In this document: one piece after another, positions 38,072-46,162 of the stretch
How positions within the stretch are numbered: the first letter of the stretch is position 1
Layout of the letters: every line of letters begins with the position of its first letter
Source of the DNA: an uncultured Candidatus Binatia bacterium
Lineage (GTDB): Bacteria; Desulfobacterota; Binatia; Bin18
Assembly (NCBI GenBank): GCA_965247985.1
Contig: OZ252051.1
Location: 4,227,060 to 4,291,059 of the forward strand
DNA: 64,000 bases
Direction of reading: 5' to 3'
The notes under the pieces: model-generated
Seen by the model: only the letters and a program-made list of their open reading frames with translations
What the model was told of the DNA's origin: nothing
Databases searched by the model: none
Made by a program: the position numbers and the translations under genes

Positions 38072-38349
38072 AGTCGGTCGTCTCGGTTCGTGCCGGCCAT
38101 TGCGTCCCATTCCACATCAACCGGGTCCACGATGTCGCCGTGTATCCGAAGCACATCGCGGTCCCGGCCAAAGGGCGTCTTCGGGGTCGGGCGGTACGGT
38201 GCCAGCCGCGAGACCGGGCGGCCGTTTTTGGTGATGATGATCTCGACACCGTCCTCTGCAACTTCGTCCATGAGCTTGAGGCATTTGGCCTTGAACTCCG
38301 ACGCTTTTATCGTCCGTGGGCTCAGCAGTGTATCGTGTCGGTCTTTCAT
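38068..38349 (-). CDS. Phd/YefM-family antitoxin
   Basis: IKASEFKAKCLKLMDEV...IIITKNGRPVSRL. Confidence 0.9.
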   Translation of the reverse strand: MKDRHDTLLSPRTIKASEFKAKCLKLMDEVAEDGVEIIITKNGRPVSRLAPYRPTPKTPFGRDRDVLRIHGDIVDPVDVEWDAMAGTNRDDRL

Positions 38350-38405
38350 TGTGTGCCTTCCAGCGTGGCTCTTCGTTTGAACAAGGATATGTCTCGCTAC
38401 GGTTT

Positions 38406-38456
38406 CATGGTTATAACCATGGTCATGACCATACAATGCCGTGTGGCGTACTGCAA
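38406..38456 (-). promoter_or_regulatory. TA promoter with tandem palindromic operators
   Basis: TTGCAG-17 nt-TATGGT (TG immediately before the -10); palindromes CATGGTTATAACCATG (38406-38421) and ATGGTCATGACCAT (38419-38432). Confidence 0.7.
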
Positions 38457-38578
38457 CGTAGCCAGCGCCTCACCCGTTTCGCACCCGCAGTGCCGCGCCC
38501 GCCGCAATCCGGCTCTTTTGACAACTTCACAGGAAGCGGACAAAGTTAAAGCGCTTTCCCTTCAGCACCGCCTCCTCC

Positions 38579-39353
38579 CTACACCATGTATTTCACCATT
38601 CCACCGTCAATGTCATAGGCCGCACCCGTAATAAAACTCGCCCGCTCTGATGCCAGGAAGGTCACCAAGCTGGCAATCTCTTCAGGCCGGCCGAAACGAC
38701 CCAGCGGGATATTCGCCTGCGCAAACCCTTCGATCATTCCGTCCGGGTCTTCAGGGTTAATCATCTTTGCAGCGTTCTCCCACAACGGAGTCCGAACCGG
38801 CCCCGGACACACGGCATTGACCAGGACATTGTCTTTGGCGAGTTCATCGGCCAATGTCTTGGTTAGACTAATCACCGCCGCCTTGGTCGCGTTATAATCA
38901 ATCATACCACCGCCCGGTTGCTTCCCGAAAATCGAAGAGATGTTGATAATCCGACCCCAGCGCTGCTCACGCATGCGCGGCAGGGCGAGGCGGGAACAGC
39001 GCAGCACACTAAAAAGATTCGCGTCAATATTTTCCTGCCAGGCTTTATCAGGCAGATCGAGCAATTGACTTAAATGCATCCCACCGGCGTTATTGACCAG
39101 AATATCGAGCCGGCCGAACCGCTCTCCTGTTTGGGCAAAGAGTCTTTCGATGTCCGCTACTTGGGTCATGTCCGCTTGTATCGCCAGCACGTCAGAGCCC
39201 AGCTCGCGCGCTGTTTGGTCGAGCTGCTCCCGGTTGCGGGCACACAGCGCAATTTCACCCCTTCTCTTGGACAAAACTCTCCGCAATGGCGCGGCCAATA
39301 CCATAACTCGCGCCGGTAATGATTGCCACACGGTCCTGTAAACCAAAGTCCAT
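38579..39353 (-). pseudogene. SDR oxidoreductase, frameshifted near the 5' end (real lesion or sequencing error)
   Basis: MDFGLQDRVAIITGASYGIG (TGxxxGxG) ends at TGA after 32 codons; the remainder (NNAG, NISS, YNATK, CPG) is in another frame. Confidence 0.8.
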
Positions 39354-39596
39354 ACGTCCCTCCTAACAGTGCCAAATACGAGATTGCCTGAGCGAGATTA
39401 CCTGGATTGGGTGTGCGGGCCTATTCTCCTGGCATTCAGGAGACTGTCAAGAGAGGAAAACGAAAATCGGGAGGGCAGCGCCGTTGCGCGTCACGTCCAG
39501 GAAGTGCAAGATGTAGCCATACTCGTTGAGGAGCAAGAAAGGGCCCCTGCTGAAAGGCAGGCGTGACCAGCGCTCGTCTGCCATGCTGCTAGTGCT

Positions 39597-40379
39597 ATGC
39601 TGAAAGCCGTCTTTTTTGACTTTGATGGAACCCTGGCTGACGACGGCGCAACGATTGATCAGGCCCTCCACGCTGCACGTGCAGTGATATGCGAACGCTG
39701 GCCGGACCTCGGGGCGACGGCTCTTGAATCAACCTACCGCCAGATTTCCGACCGTGCCTGGGGAGATTATGATCGCTACCTGCGTCCCCTGGGGTCACCG
39801 GAGGCCATGCTGGCCTCCCTGTGGCGGCAAACCCTTGAACGGTTTGGCTACCATGAGGCAGGAGTGGAACACGACGCAGCCACGACCTATTGGCAACAGC
39901 GTCTACACGCCTGTCAACCCTATCCTGATGTTCTACCCTTCCTGTCAAACCTGACACAACGCTTTCATGTAAGTCTGCTCACCAACGGCGCACCCGGCAT
40001 GCAGCGGGCGAAAGTGAAGGCAGCCGGTCTCCAGGATTATTTCCGCGATATCTTCGTCGGTGGCGAGTTTGCCCAAGGCAAACCCGCGCCTTTTATTTTC
40101 TCCGCGGCTCTCACAGCCGCCAACTGTCGTCCTGAAGAAGCCGTGTACATCGGCGACTCTCTTCTGCACGATGTTGTTGGCGCCCGAAAAAGCGGGCTGC
40201 ATAGCGTCTGGCTCAATCGCAAGCGACAACACAAACAAGAGGTCATTCAAGCCTATACGCGGAGCAGCAGGGCTGATACGGCGAACGCTGACCATCTTGA
40301 CTATCTCGACCAGTTGGCCCAGCCCGATTTTGAGATTACACAGCTCACCGCGCTCCCAGCCTGTCTGGAACAACTCTAG
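39597..40379 (+). CDS. HAD-superfamily hydrolase
   Basis: FFDFDGTL, LLTNG, GKP, IGDS...DVVGA. Confidence 0.9.
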   Translation: MLKAVFFDFDGTLADDGATIDQALHAARAVICERWPDLGATALESTYRQISDRAWGDYDRYLRPLGSPEAMLASLWRQTLERFGYHEAGVEHDAATTYWQQRLHACQPYPDVLPFLSNLTQRFHVSLLTNGAPGMQRAKVKAAGLQDYFRDIFVGGEFAQGKPAPFIFSAALTAANCRPEEAVYIGDSLLHDVVGARKSGLHSVWLNRKRQHKQEVIQAYTRSSRADTANADHLDYLDQLAQPDFEITQLTALPACLEQL

Positions 40380-40471
40380 GGACTTTCGGGTCTGTTCTCT
40401 TCCACGCCCTTACCCTTGTCCGAAGAGTGTTCCACTGATAGCTGATGGACTGCGAGTCAGAAGGGACCGGA

Positions 40472-41035
40472 ATGGAAAAAAACGCATATAAAATCCTGTT
40501 GTTCAATTATTATCGTGACGCCGAATTGCGTGGGGCAGACTTGATTCTGCGTTTGATCAACCATGCCGAGAACCAGAACATTCAAGAAAAACTGGCCCGT
40601 CATCTGGCCGATGCGACCAATCATGCCTGGCTGTGGACCGAGCGCATTCGGGCGCTCGGGGGTGAGCCGATGCGGATTGATAATGGCTACCATCGTCAAC
40701 TCCGACGCAAGGCCGGTCTGCCGGCCAATTTCCTTGACCTGCTGGCGCTCACCTGCATTGTGGCCGAGCGGGCCTATAAACGCTATGCAGAACATGCCGC
40801 TCGGTCCGATGTCGCTCCAGAGACGCTCGCCGTGCTGCACGAGATGCAGACAGATGAGAAAACCCACCTGACCTGGATTCGGGAAAAGATAGCTGAACTC
40901 GAAGCCAAAGAAGGCAAGGACAAGGTGGACGCTGCCCTGCGGCATTATCGGGAGATAGAGGCCGCTGTTTTTGCCGACCTGCAGCAAGAAGAGCAGCGCG
41001 CCTTAGCCCAGGTTGGGCCGGACGAAACAAGCTAA
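40472..41035 (+). CDS. Ferritin-like four-helix protein
   Basis: RDAELRG, HLADATNHA, VAERA, DEKTH follow ferritin-like ligand spacing. Confidence 0.7.
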   Translation: MEKNAYKILLFNYYRDAELRGADLILRLINHAENQNIQEKLARHLADATNHAWLWTERIRALGGEPMRIDNGYHRQLRRKAGLPANFLDLLALTCIVAERAYKRYAEHAARSDVAPETLAVLHEMQTDEKTHLTWIREKIAELEAKEGKDKVDAALRHYREIEAAVFADLQQEEQRALAQVGPDETS

Positions 41036-41057
41036 GGCCGCCTGCCAGGCGAGCCGC

Positions 41058-42650
41058 TCAAATTTTCTTTTTTTGATTGGCGACATAATCGACCAGGAGA
41101 TATTCCCCTAGATTATCCGGGCGGGTGTAAAAGGCGCGGCCCCGGTTCATCTTGGTCATTTTGTCCACAAAGGTGCGCAGGTTGGGGCTGTCGTCGAGCA
41201 TGAAGGTATTAATCGTGACCCCCCGCTTGGTGACTTTTTCTACTTCTCGCAGGGTTTCCTGGGCCGCCCGCATACTGATCCCCCCAAAAGAGAGCGGCCA
41301 TTCGCAATAGAGCCGACCCTGAGAAAAATACGCGGTGGGTTGGCCGTCGGTGACGACAATAATGTGTTGATTATGACCGGGGTGGCGACGCAGCAGGTCC
41401 CCGGCCAGACGCAGACCGTCCTGGAGGTTGGTGAACGGATCGCCCATATTCCAACTCGCCTCGGGCAGGTCTTTGACCTTGAGTTCCACGGCTCGCGTAA
41501 AAAAACCGACAATCGAGAAATAATCGCGGGGATAGCGGGTGCGGATCAGACTCTCCAGCGCCAGGGCGACTTTTTTGGCAGCCCCGAATCGACCTTCCCA
41601 GCTCATGGACCAACTCATATCAAGGAGGAGGACGGTTGACGTGGTGGTCGTGTGGTCAGTATCGAAGATCGTAAAGTCTTCCGGGTGGATAGACACCGGG
41701 ACGCCCGTGTTCCGCTGTATGGACTTTTTGAGCGTCCCGACCAGATCGAGATGCATGGGGTCACCGTACTGGTACGGCCGCGTTTCGTCCATTTTGATCT
41801 CGGCAACACCGCGATGGTCTGTGGCGTGAGAGCCGTTCCGGTCGCGCAGCAGATTGGTATAGATGTCTTGCAGGGCGAGCTGGCCAATCCGCCGGACGCC
41901 TTTGGGCGACAACTGCACCCGGCCTTCGCGGGAGATCAGGAACCCGGCTTCTTCTAACAACGACTGCATCTGTTGGAGATTCTGGAAGTCCTGGCTGGCC
42001 GCCTGGCCGATCAATTCCTGCAACTGGGCCGGGTCTATCTTCTCCGGATGTCCTGACAGCAGGTTTTGCTCCATCTCTTGCAGCTGTTCCATTTCCTCCA
42101 TCAGTTCCAGCGCCTCTTGATAGCTGAGCGGACGCGGTCCGTTAAACAGATCGTTGAAACGGCGCTGGAAGTTCTCAAGCGACTGAATATTGTCAAACTC
42201 CTGCATGAGCTCGTCAAACGCGGCTTGCGCGGCCTCGTCCTCGAACGGATAGTCCGCCAGCTTCTCCATTTTCTCGCTTAAGCGTTGCGGCAACTGCTGG
42301 AGAAACTGTTCTTTCTCTTCGAGTTCGGGCTGCTGAGGACGGCGCTGCTCAAGCGTGCGTTGCTCCTGATTCAGAATGGAGTCAAGACGCTCCTGCATCT
42401 CGTCGAGCGAGGAGCGCATATTGGACTCACGGTAGCGTTTGCGCATCTCTTCGCGCAGGTCGCGCACAAGATCATCCAGGCCCTTGAGCTTATCGTCCTC
42501 ATCCCCCAGGCCCTGTCGCATGAGATGCTCAAGCGCCTGCTGCATATCGTCCGTCGAGGACAGATGTTCGGCCAGCTCTTCAAAAATTTTGTCAGCAGAC
42601 AGCCGGATACGCTGGCTGCCGTCCCAGTCGGTATAACGAATGGTAATCAT
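41058..42650 (-). CDS. VWA-domain protein (partner of chelatase-like AAA+ ATPase)
   Basis: RYTDWDG N-terminus, RPYQYGD, MIDAS LLLDMSWSM, TNLQDGL, VTDGQPT. Confidence 0.88.
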   Translation of the reverse strand: MITIRYTDWDGSQRIRLSADKIFEELAEHLSSTDDMQQALEHLMRQGLGDEDDKLKGLDDLVRDLREEMRKRYRESNMRSSLDEMQERLDSILNQEQRTLEQRRPQQPELEEKEQFLQQLPQRLSEKMEKLADYPFEDEAAQAAFDELMQEFDNIQSLENFQRRFNDLFNGPRPLSYQEALELMEEMEQLQEMEQNLLSGHPEKIDPAQLQELIGQAASQDFQNLQQMQSLLEEAGFLISREGRVQLSPKGVRRIGQLALQDIYTNLLRDRNGSHATDHRGVAEIKMDETRPYQYGDPMHLDLVGTLKKSIQRNTGVPVSIHPEDFTIFDTDHTTTTSTVLLLDMSWSMSWEGRFGAAKKVALALESLIRTRYPRDYFSIVGFFTRAVELKVKDLPEASWNMGDPFTNLQDGLRLAGDLLRRHPGHNQHIIVVTDGQPTAYFSQGRLYCEWPLSFGGISMRAAQETLREVEKVTKRGVTINTFMLDDSPNLRTFVDKMTKMNRGRAFYTRPDNLGEYLLVDYVANQKKKI

Positions 42651-42751
42651 GTCAGTACGGAAGCGCGGTCGTCACGAGATGACGGGATCATAGAGCAACG
42701 CGCGCGCCTTCGCTATACCCGGCGACCCTCCTGCTTCATGCTGACGAACTG

Positions 42752-42788
42752 TTCCCCTTCCCTCTGATAAGGGGGAGTGAGGGGGTTT
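42752..42788. repeat. C/G-run palindromic dispersed repeat
   Basis: TTCCCCTTCCCTCTGATAAGGGGGAGTGAGGGGGTTT, related to copies at 55348 and 55476; near the left edge of the insert. Confidence 0.55.
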
Positions 42789-42832
42789 GCCCGGCCTCTG
42801 GATTTAGCTACGCCAGACCTGAGAGAGGAAGC

Positions 42833-42984
42833 AGGAAACGCAAAGTTGTTGTCTCTGAAGCCGAAGAAGGGACTACTGGGCCGGGGTGCCTGCTATACTG
42901 GGCTGCGCAACCTGGGGGTAGACATGCGACGAATTGCAGAAGAATATCCATGAAGCGGTCGAGGGCTGCTTCTCGGCGGACATG
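42833..42984 (+). pseudogene. Decayed HicB-family antitoxin
   Basis: Reads KRKVVVSEAEEG / YWAGVPAILGCATWG*TCDELQKNIHEAVEGCFS. One frameshift near 42871, in-frame TAG at 42919, start codon lost (AGG after GAGAGG). Confidence 0.75.
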
Positions 42985-43002
42985 GACAACGAAGGAGAAA
43001 GT

Positions 43003-43647
43003 GTGGAAACAAATTACGTCTTAATTGACTTGGAAAATGTTCAGCCGGAACACCTGAGTGTTTTAGCCGGGCATGACTTCAGGGTTATTGTTTTCGTAGG
43101 CGAGAACCAATCAAAGATATCATTTGATTTGGTACTAGCGGTTCAGAATTTGGGTGAAAACGCCGAGTACATCAAAATTAAAGGCAACGGACCAAACGCC
43201 CTTGATTTTCATATCGCGTTCTACATCGGCCAGTTTTCCAAAGAAAACGGCCAGGGCCATTTCCACATCATTTCAAAAGATAGAGGGTTTGACCCGCTTA
43301 TTAAACATCTTGAATCTAAAAAAATTCGAGCACACAGGCATAAGGACATCAGTGAGATCCCCCTTCCAAAACCGGCAAAAGCGACAAAAAAGGGGTCCGC
43401 TCACGTTTCAAAACCTGCGGGTTCAGCCATAACAGCAGAGCGCGTTCAGAAAATCGTTGAATTCCTGATTGCCCGAGGCAATGCAAAACCAAGAAAATTG
43501 AAAACCCTCTCCAATTCGATCAATTCATTCTTCAAGAAGAGCTTAATAGAGAACGAGCTGAGCGCTCTCATAGACGAATTGGTCAAGCGTGGCCTCGTTA
43601 TTGTCAGCAGTAATCAAAGCAACGTGAGCTATCAGTTGAAAAAGTAA
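43003..43647 (+). CDS. PIN/NYN-like nuclease domain protein with C-terminal helical (wHTH-like) domain
   Basis: YVLIDLENVQP, NALDFHIAFYIG, ISKDRGFDPL acidic PIN motifs; GTG after AAGGAG. Confidence 0.8.
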   Translation: METNYVLIDLENVQPEHLSVLAGHDFRVIVFVGENQSKISFDLVLAVQNLGENAEYIKIKGNGPNALDFHIAFYIGQFSKENGQGHFHIISKDRGFDPLIKHLESKKIRAHRHKDISEIPLPKPAKATKKGSAHVSKPAGSAITAERVQKIVEFLIARGNAKPRKLKTLSNSINSFFKKSLIENELSALIDELVKRGLVIVSSNQSNVSYQLKK

Positions 43648-43698
43648 TTGTTGAGGCGCTCTCCGATTGTGGTACACGATGGCCAAAGGAGAGACCGT

Positions 43699-43956
43699 AT
43701 GGCAAAGACCGCAATGATCCGCGCCCGAGTGGAACCAGACTTGAAGCATGAGGCTGAAGAAGTCTTCTCAAAGCTCGGGCTCTCATCAACCGAAGCTATC
43801 ACCCTATTCTATCGACAGGTGGCCTTGCAGCACGGCCTCCCGTTTGAGGTAAAGAGCCCCAACGCCGAGACCCACGAGGCGTTGCGACAAGCGCATGACA
43901 GGGAGGGCCTGACCGAATACACGGACCTTGACCAACTCAAGGCCAAGTACGAATGA
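43699..43956 (+). CDS. RelB/DinJ-family antitoxin (no cognate toxin adjacent)
   Basis: MIRARVEPDLKHEAEEVFSKLGLS...AITLFYRQV...GLPFEVKSPNAET; AAGGAG SD. Confidence 0.9.
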   Translation: MAKTAMIRARVEPDLKHEAEEVFSKLGLSSTEAITLFYRQVALQHGLPFEVKSPNAETHEALRQAHDREGLTEYTDLDQLKAKYE

Positions 43957-44013
43957 GCAATGCGTGAGGTAGCTTGTGAAGAGACTGACCTAGCGCAACT
44001 CAACGGGGCGTTC

Positions 44014-44083
44014 TGGAGTGCGGGCGTTCAGCCCGCAAGAAATCCCCTCTCGGGAGGGGTGCCGCGTCAGCGGCGGGGTGGGT
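44014..44083. repeat. Cluster of REP-like palindromes
   Basis: TGGAGTGCGGGC-gttca-GCCCGCA, then CCCCTC-tcgg-GAGGGG and GCCGC-gtca-GCGGC; the first unit resembles 47730-47753. Confidence 0.55.
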
Positions 44084-44178
44084 TTCCTCTCGAACAAGGA
44101 GTTTTCTTGATTCCAAGGCAATCCGAGTATAGCCTCCCCTCTTTGAATGACCTTTTCCGAGACGACATAGGAACGATA

Positions 44179-45315
44179 ATGCGTAAACCCACATCCAAAA
44201 CAAGGCGCTGGAATCGTATCCATGTCCATCGCTTGAATAAACGACGCCTGAAATTCAAAAGAAAAAGAAGGACGCGACCGAGACAAAGAAATCGAGAGGG
44301 TTCTGTACCTAGCAGTGTTGGGAAAAGGGCGGTCACTATCCAGTGTCCACTGGATTTTTCGCTGGAAACCAACTTTGATAGTATTATGGACATCCTTGAT
44401 CAAATCCGGACACAAAGCAAAAAAAAGAGAAATGAACGGATATATATTGACTTCAGAAAGATTGAAAATATCTCACCGTCGGCCGCACTTGTCCTCGCCG
44501 CGGAGTTGGACCGATGGAATCACACGCCTCTGAGACGGACGCAAAACACAAAGCTTCACGCAATTGATGTGAACGAATGGGACCCCGATGTTCGGTCGCT
44601 CCTTGCAGATATGGGCTTTTTCGATTTGCTTCGTGTACCAAACCCTCAAGTAGATTCGGATTCTAGCAATCTTTCCTCCCGTTTGGGTTTTGTAAAATTT
44701 CGCACGGGAGATAAGGTTGACGGAGAAGCGATTGAGGAGCTACGAAGAACTGACTTGGACCCTTTCGTCGGAGTTCCTAATAAACGCTATCTTTATGCCG
44801 CTGTTACAGAAGCGATGACGAATGTAGTTCATCACGCGTACCCGAGTCGACTCCACCCACCACCGCCCAAGCCTAACTGGTGGCTATCAGCTTCACGCAA
44901 TGCAAAGACTGGCGAAGTGGTTATCATGATCTATGATCAGGGTGCGGGCATCCCTGAGACACTGCCACGAAAATTTCCTGAACAGATCAGAAAATTAATT
45001 CCCCAGCGTTTTAGCAGAGATCACGCGCGAATGATTCAAGCGGCGCACGAGTTAAGCAGATCAGGGACAAGGCAAGGTCATCGAGGTCATGGCCTCGGAA
45101 GGGATGTTCGAGAATACGTAAATATTCTCAGTCGTAGTAGTCGCTATCGTGTAGTCAGTCTTCAGGGTGAATATATCCATGAGAAACCTACGAGCGGCCA
45201 GAGTACGGATTCTTTCATAAATCACAGTCGTTCCTTGCTAGGAACTCTGATCGAATGGACAATAACAAGCCAAGCGAGGCACCATGAACAAGACCACTAT
45301 TTCGATAGCAGATGA
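44179..45315 (+). CDS. STAS-like + GHKL/HATPase (RsbW/SpoIIAB-like) ATP-binding protein
   Basis: STAS-like IYIDFRKIENISPSAALVL...LADMGFFDLL; Bergerat boxes EAMTNVVHH (N), YDQGAGI (G1), GHRGHGL (G2), GTLIEW. Confidence 0.75.
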   Translation: MRKPTSKTRRWNRIHVHRLNKRRLKFKRKRRTRPRQRNREGSVPSSVGKRAVTIQCPLDFSLETNFDSIMDILDQIRTQSKKKRNERIYIDFRKIENISPSAALVLAAELDRWNHTPLRRTQNTKLHAIDVNEWDPDVRSLLADMGFFDLLRVPNPQVDSDSSNLSSRLGFVKFRTGDKVDGEAIEELRRTDLDPFVGVPNKRYLYAAVTEAMTNVVHHAYPSRLHPPPPKPNWWLSASRNAKTGEVVIMIYDQGAGIPETLPRKFPEQIRKLIPQRFSRDHARMIQAAHELSRSGTRQGHRGHGLGRDVREYVNILSRSSRYRVVSLQGEYIHEKPTSGQSTDSFINHSRSLLGTLIEWTITSQARHHEQDHYFDSR

Positions 45316-45619
45316 TTTTTCCGCCTATCCAGCTGGCCGCTATCCTGACGACGGTAAATACAACGGTACGACATTTCGTAAGGATGTTCTGGTTCCTGCG
45401 CTGAGGGGCAGTAACGATCAGGTGGAGGTCATTTTCGATGGTGTGGCTGGTTTTGGATCATCGTTCTTAGAAGAGGCATTCGGCGGGCTCATCCGCGACG
45501 AAGAAATGACCAAAGAATTTCTCGACACACATTTGATCTTGAGGACAACCGAACTAGAACTCGAGGATTTCGTGAAACTGGCTCAACGATACATTGATGA
45601 GGCATGGAGCGGAAAGTGA
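45284..45619 (+). CDS. DUF4325 STAS-like domain protein
   Basis: DFSAYPAGRY...GTTFR...VIFDGVAGFGSSFLEEAFGGL; overlaps the upstream gene by 32 nt. Confidence 0.8.
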   Translation: MNKTTISIADDFSAYPAGRYPDDGKYNGTTFRKDVLVPALRGSNDQVEVIFDGVAGFGSSFLEEAFGGLIRDEEMTKEFLDTHLILRTTELELEDFVKLAQRYIDEAWSGK

Positions 45620-46050
45620 TGGCCGATCCTGTCATTGCATCGATCATCGGAGCAACCGTTGGAGGTTTAGTGGGATGGCTTGGGAACTACCACCTCCAAT
45701 ACCGGTTATATCGACAGATTCGTAGCGTAGATGAGCTGAGAGATAGGCTTTATTCCTTACTTGAGATCGTCTCGAGATATTGGGTTGCCGGCGGAGCAAC
45801 AGAATATGAACAAAAGCGCTTGGAAGCAGAGCTTGTCGCCGCCCAGCATGTTGTCATATCGGAGTTCGTCATCCTCAGACAGATGAACAGGAGAGCGAAA
45901 CGGGCGCAGGATGATATGGAATATTTACGATTGGACTTATTAGATGCCGCCACCGGAGGCAGCTTTCAACAAAGCAACTGGAAGCCGGACCCGCAACGGG
46001 TTATTCGAACCGCGAGAATCGTGACACGCATAGTCCATATGTTGATCTGA
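45619..46050 (+). CDS. Hypothetical protein, one N-terminal TM helix plus helical domain
   Basis: TGATG coupling to the DUF4325 gene; hydrophobic VIASIIGATVGGLVGWLG followed by amphipathic helices. Confidence 0.7.
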   Translation: MADPVIASIIGATVGGLVGWLGNYHLQYRLYRQIRSVDELRDRLYSLLEIVSRYWVAGGATEYEQKRLEAELVAAQHVVISEFVILRQMNRRAKRAQDDMEYLRLDLLDAATGGSFQQSNWKPDPQRVIRTARIVTRIVHMLI

Positions 46051-46162
46051 CGAATCTCGCATCGGACTGAGAGGGGACAGTAGGAGAAAGAATCTCGCCG
46101 AGTGCCATAATATTGACGACCTCAAATTCTACTATTATGACTACGTGGCATCGTGAACCGCT

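Noticed and set aside
37522-38631. 369-aa plus-strand ORF and the many other long antisense/shadow ORFs
   Set aside because: They lie opposite or out of frame to well-supported genes and have Arg/Pro/Ser-rich, motif-free translations typical of GC-rich shadow frames.
43960-44178. N-terminal 73 codons of the 451-aa ORF, or a YafQ toxin at this position
   Set aside because: The stretch translates through REP-like palindromes and shows no RelE/YafQ motifs; ATG 44179 is the more plausible start.
42750-46160. Integron cassette array
   Set aside because: Genes are co-oriented and TA-rich, but I found no attC-like RYYYAAC...GTTRRRY structures between them and no intI.
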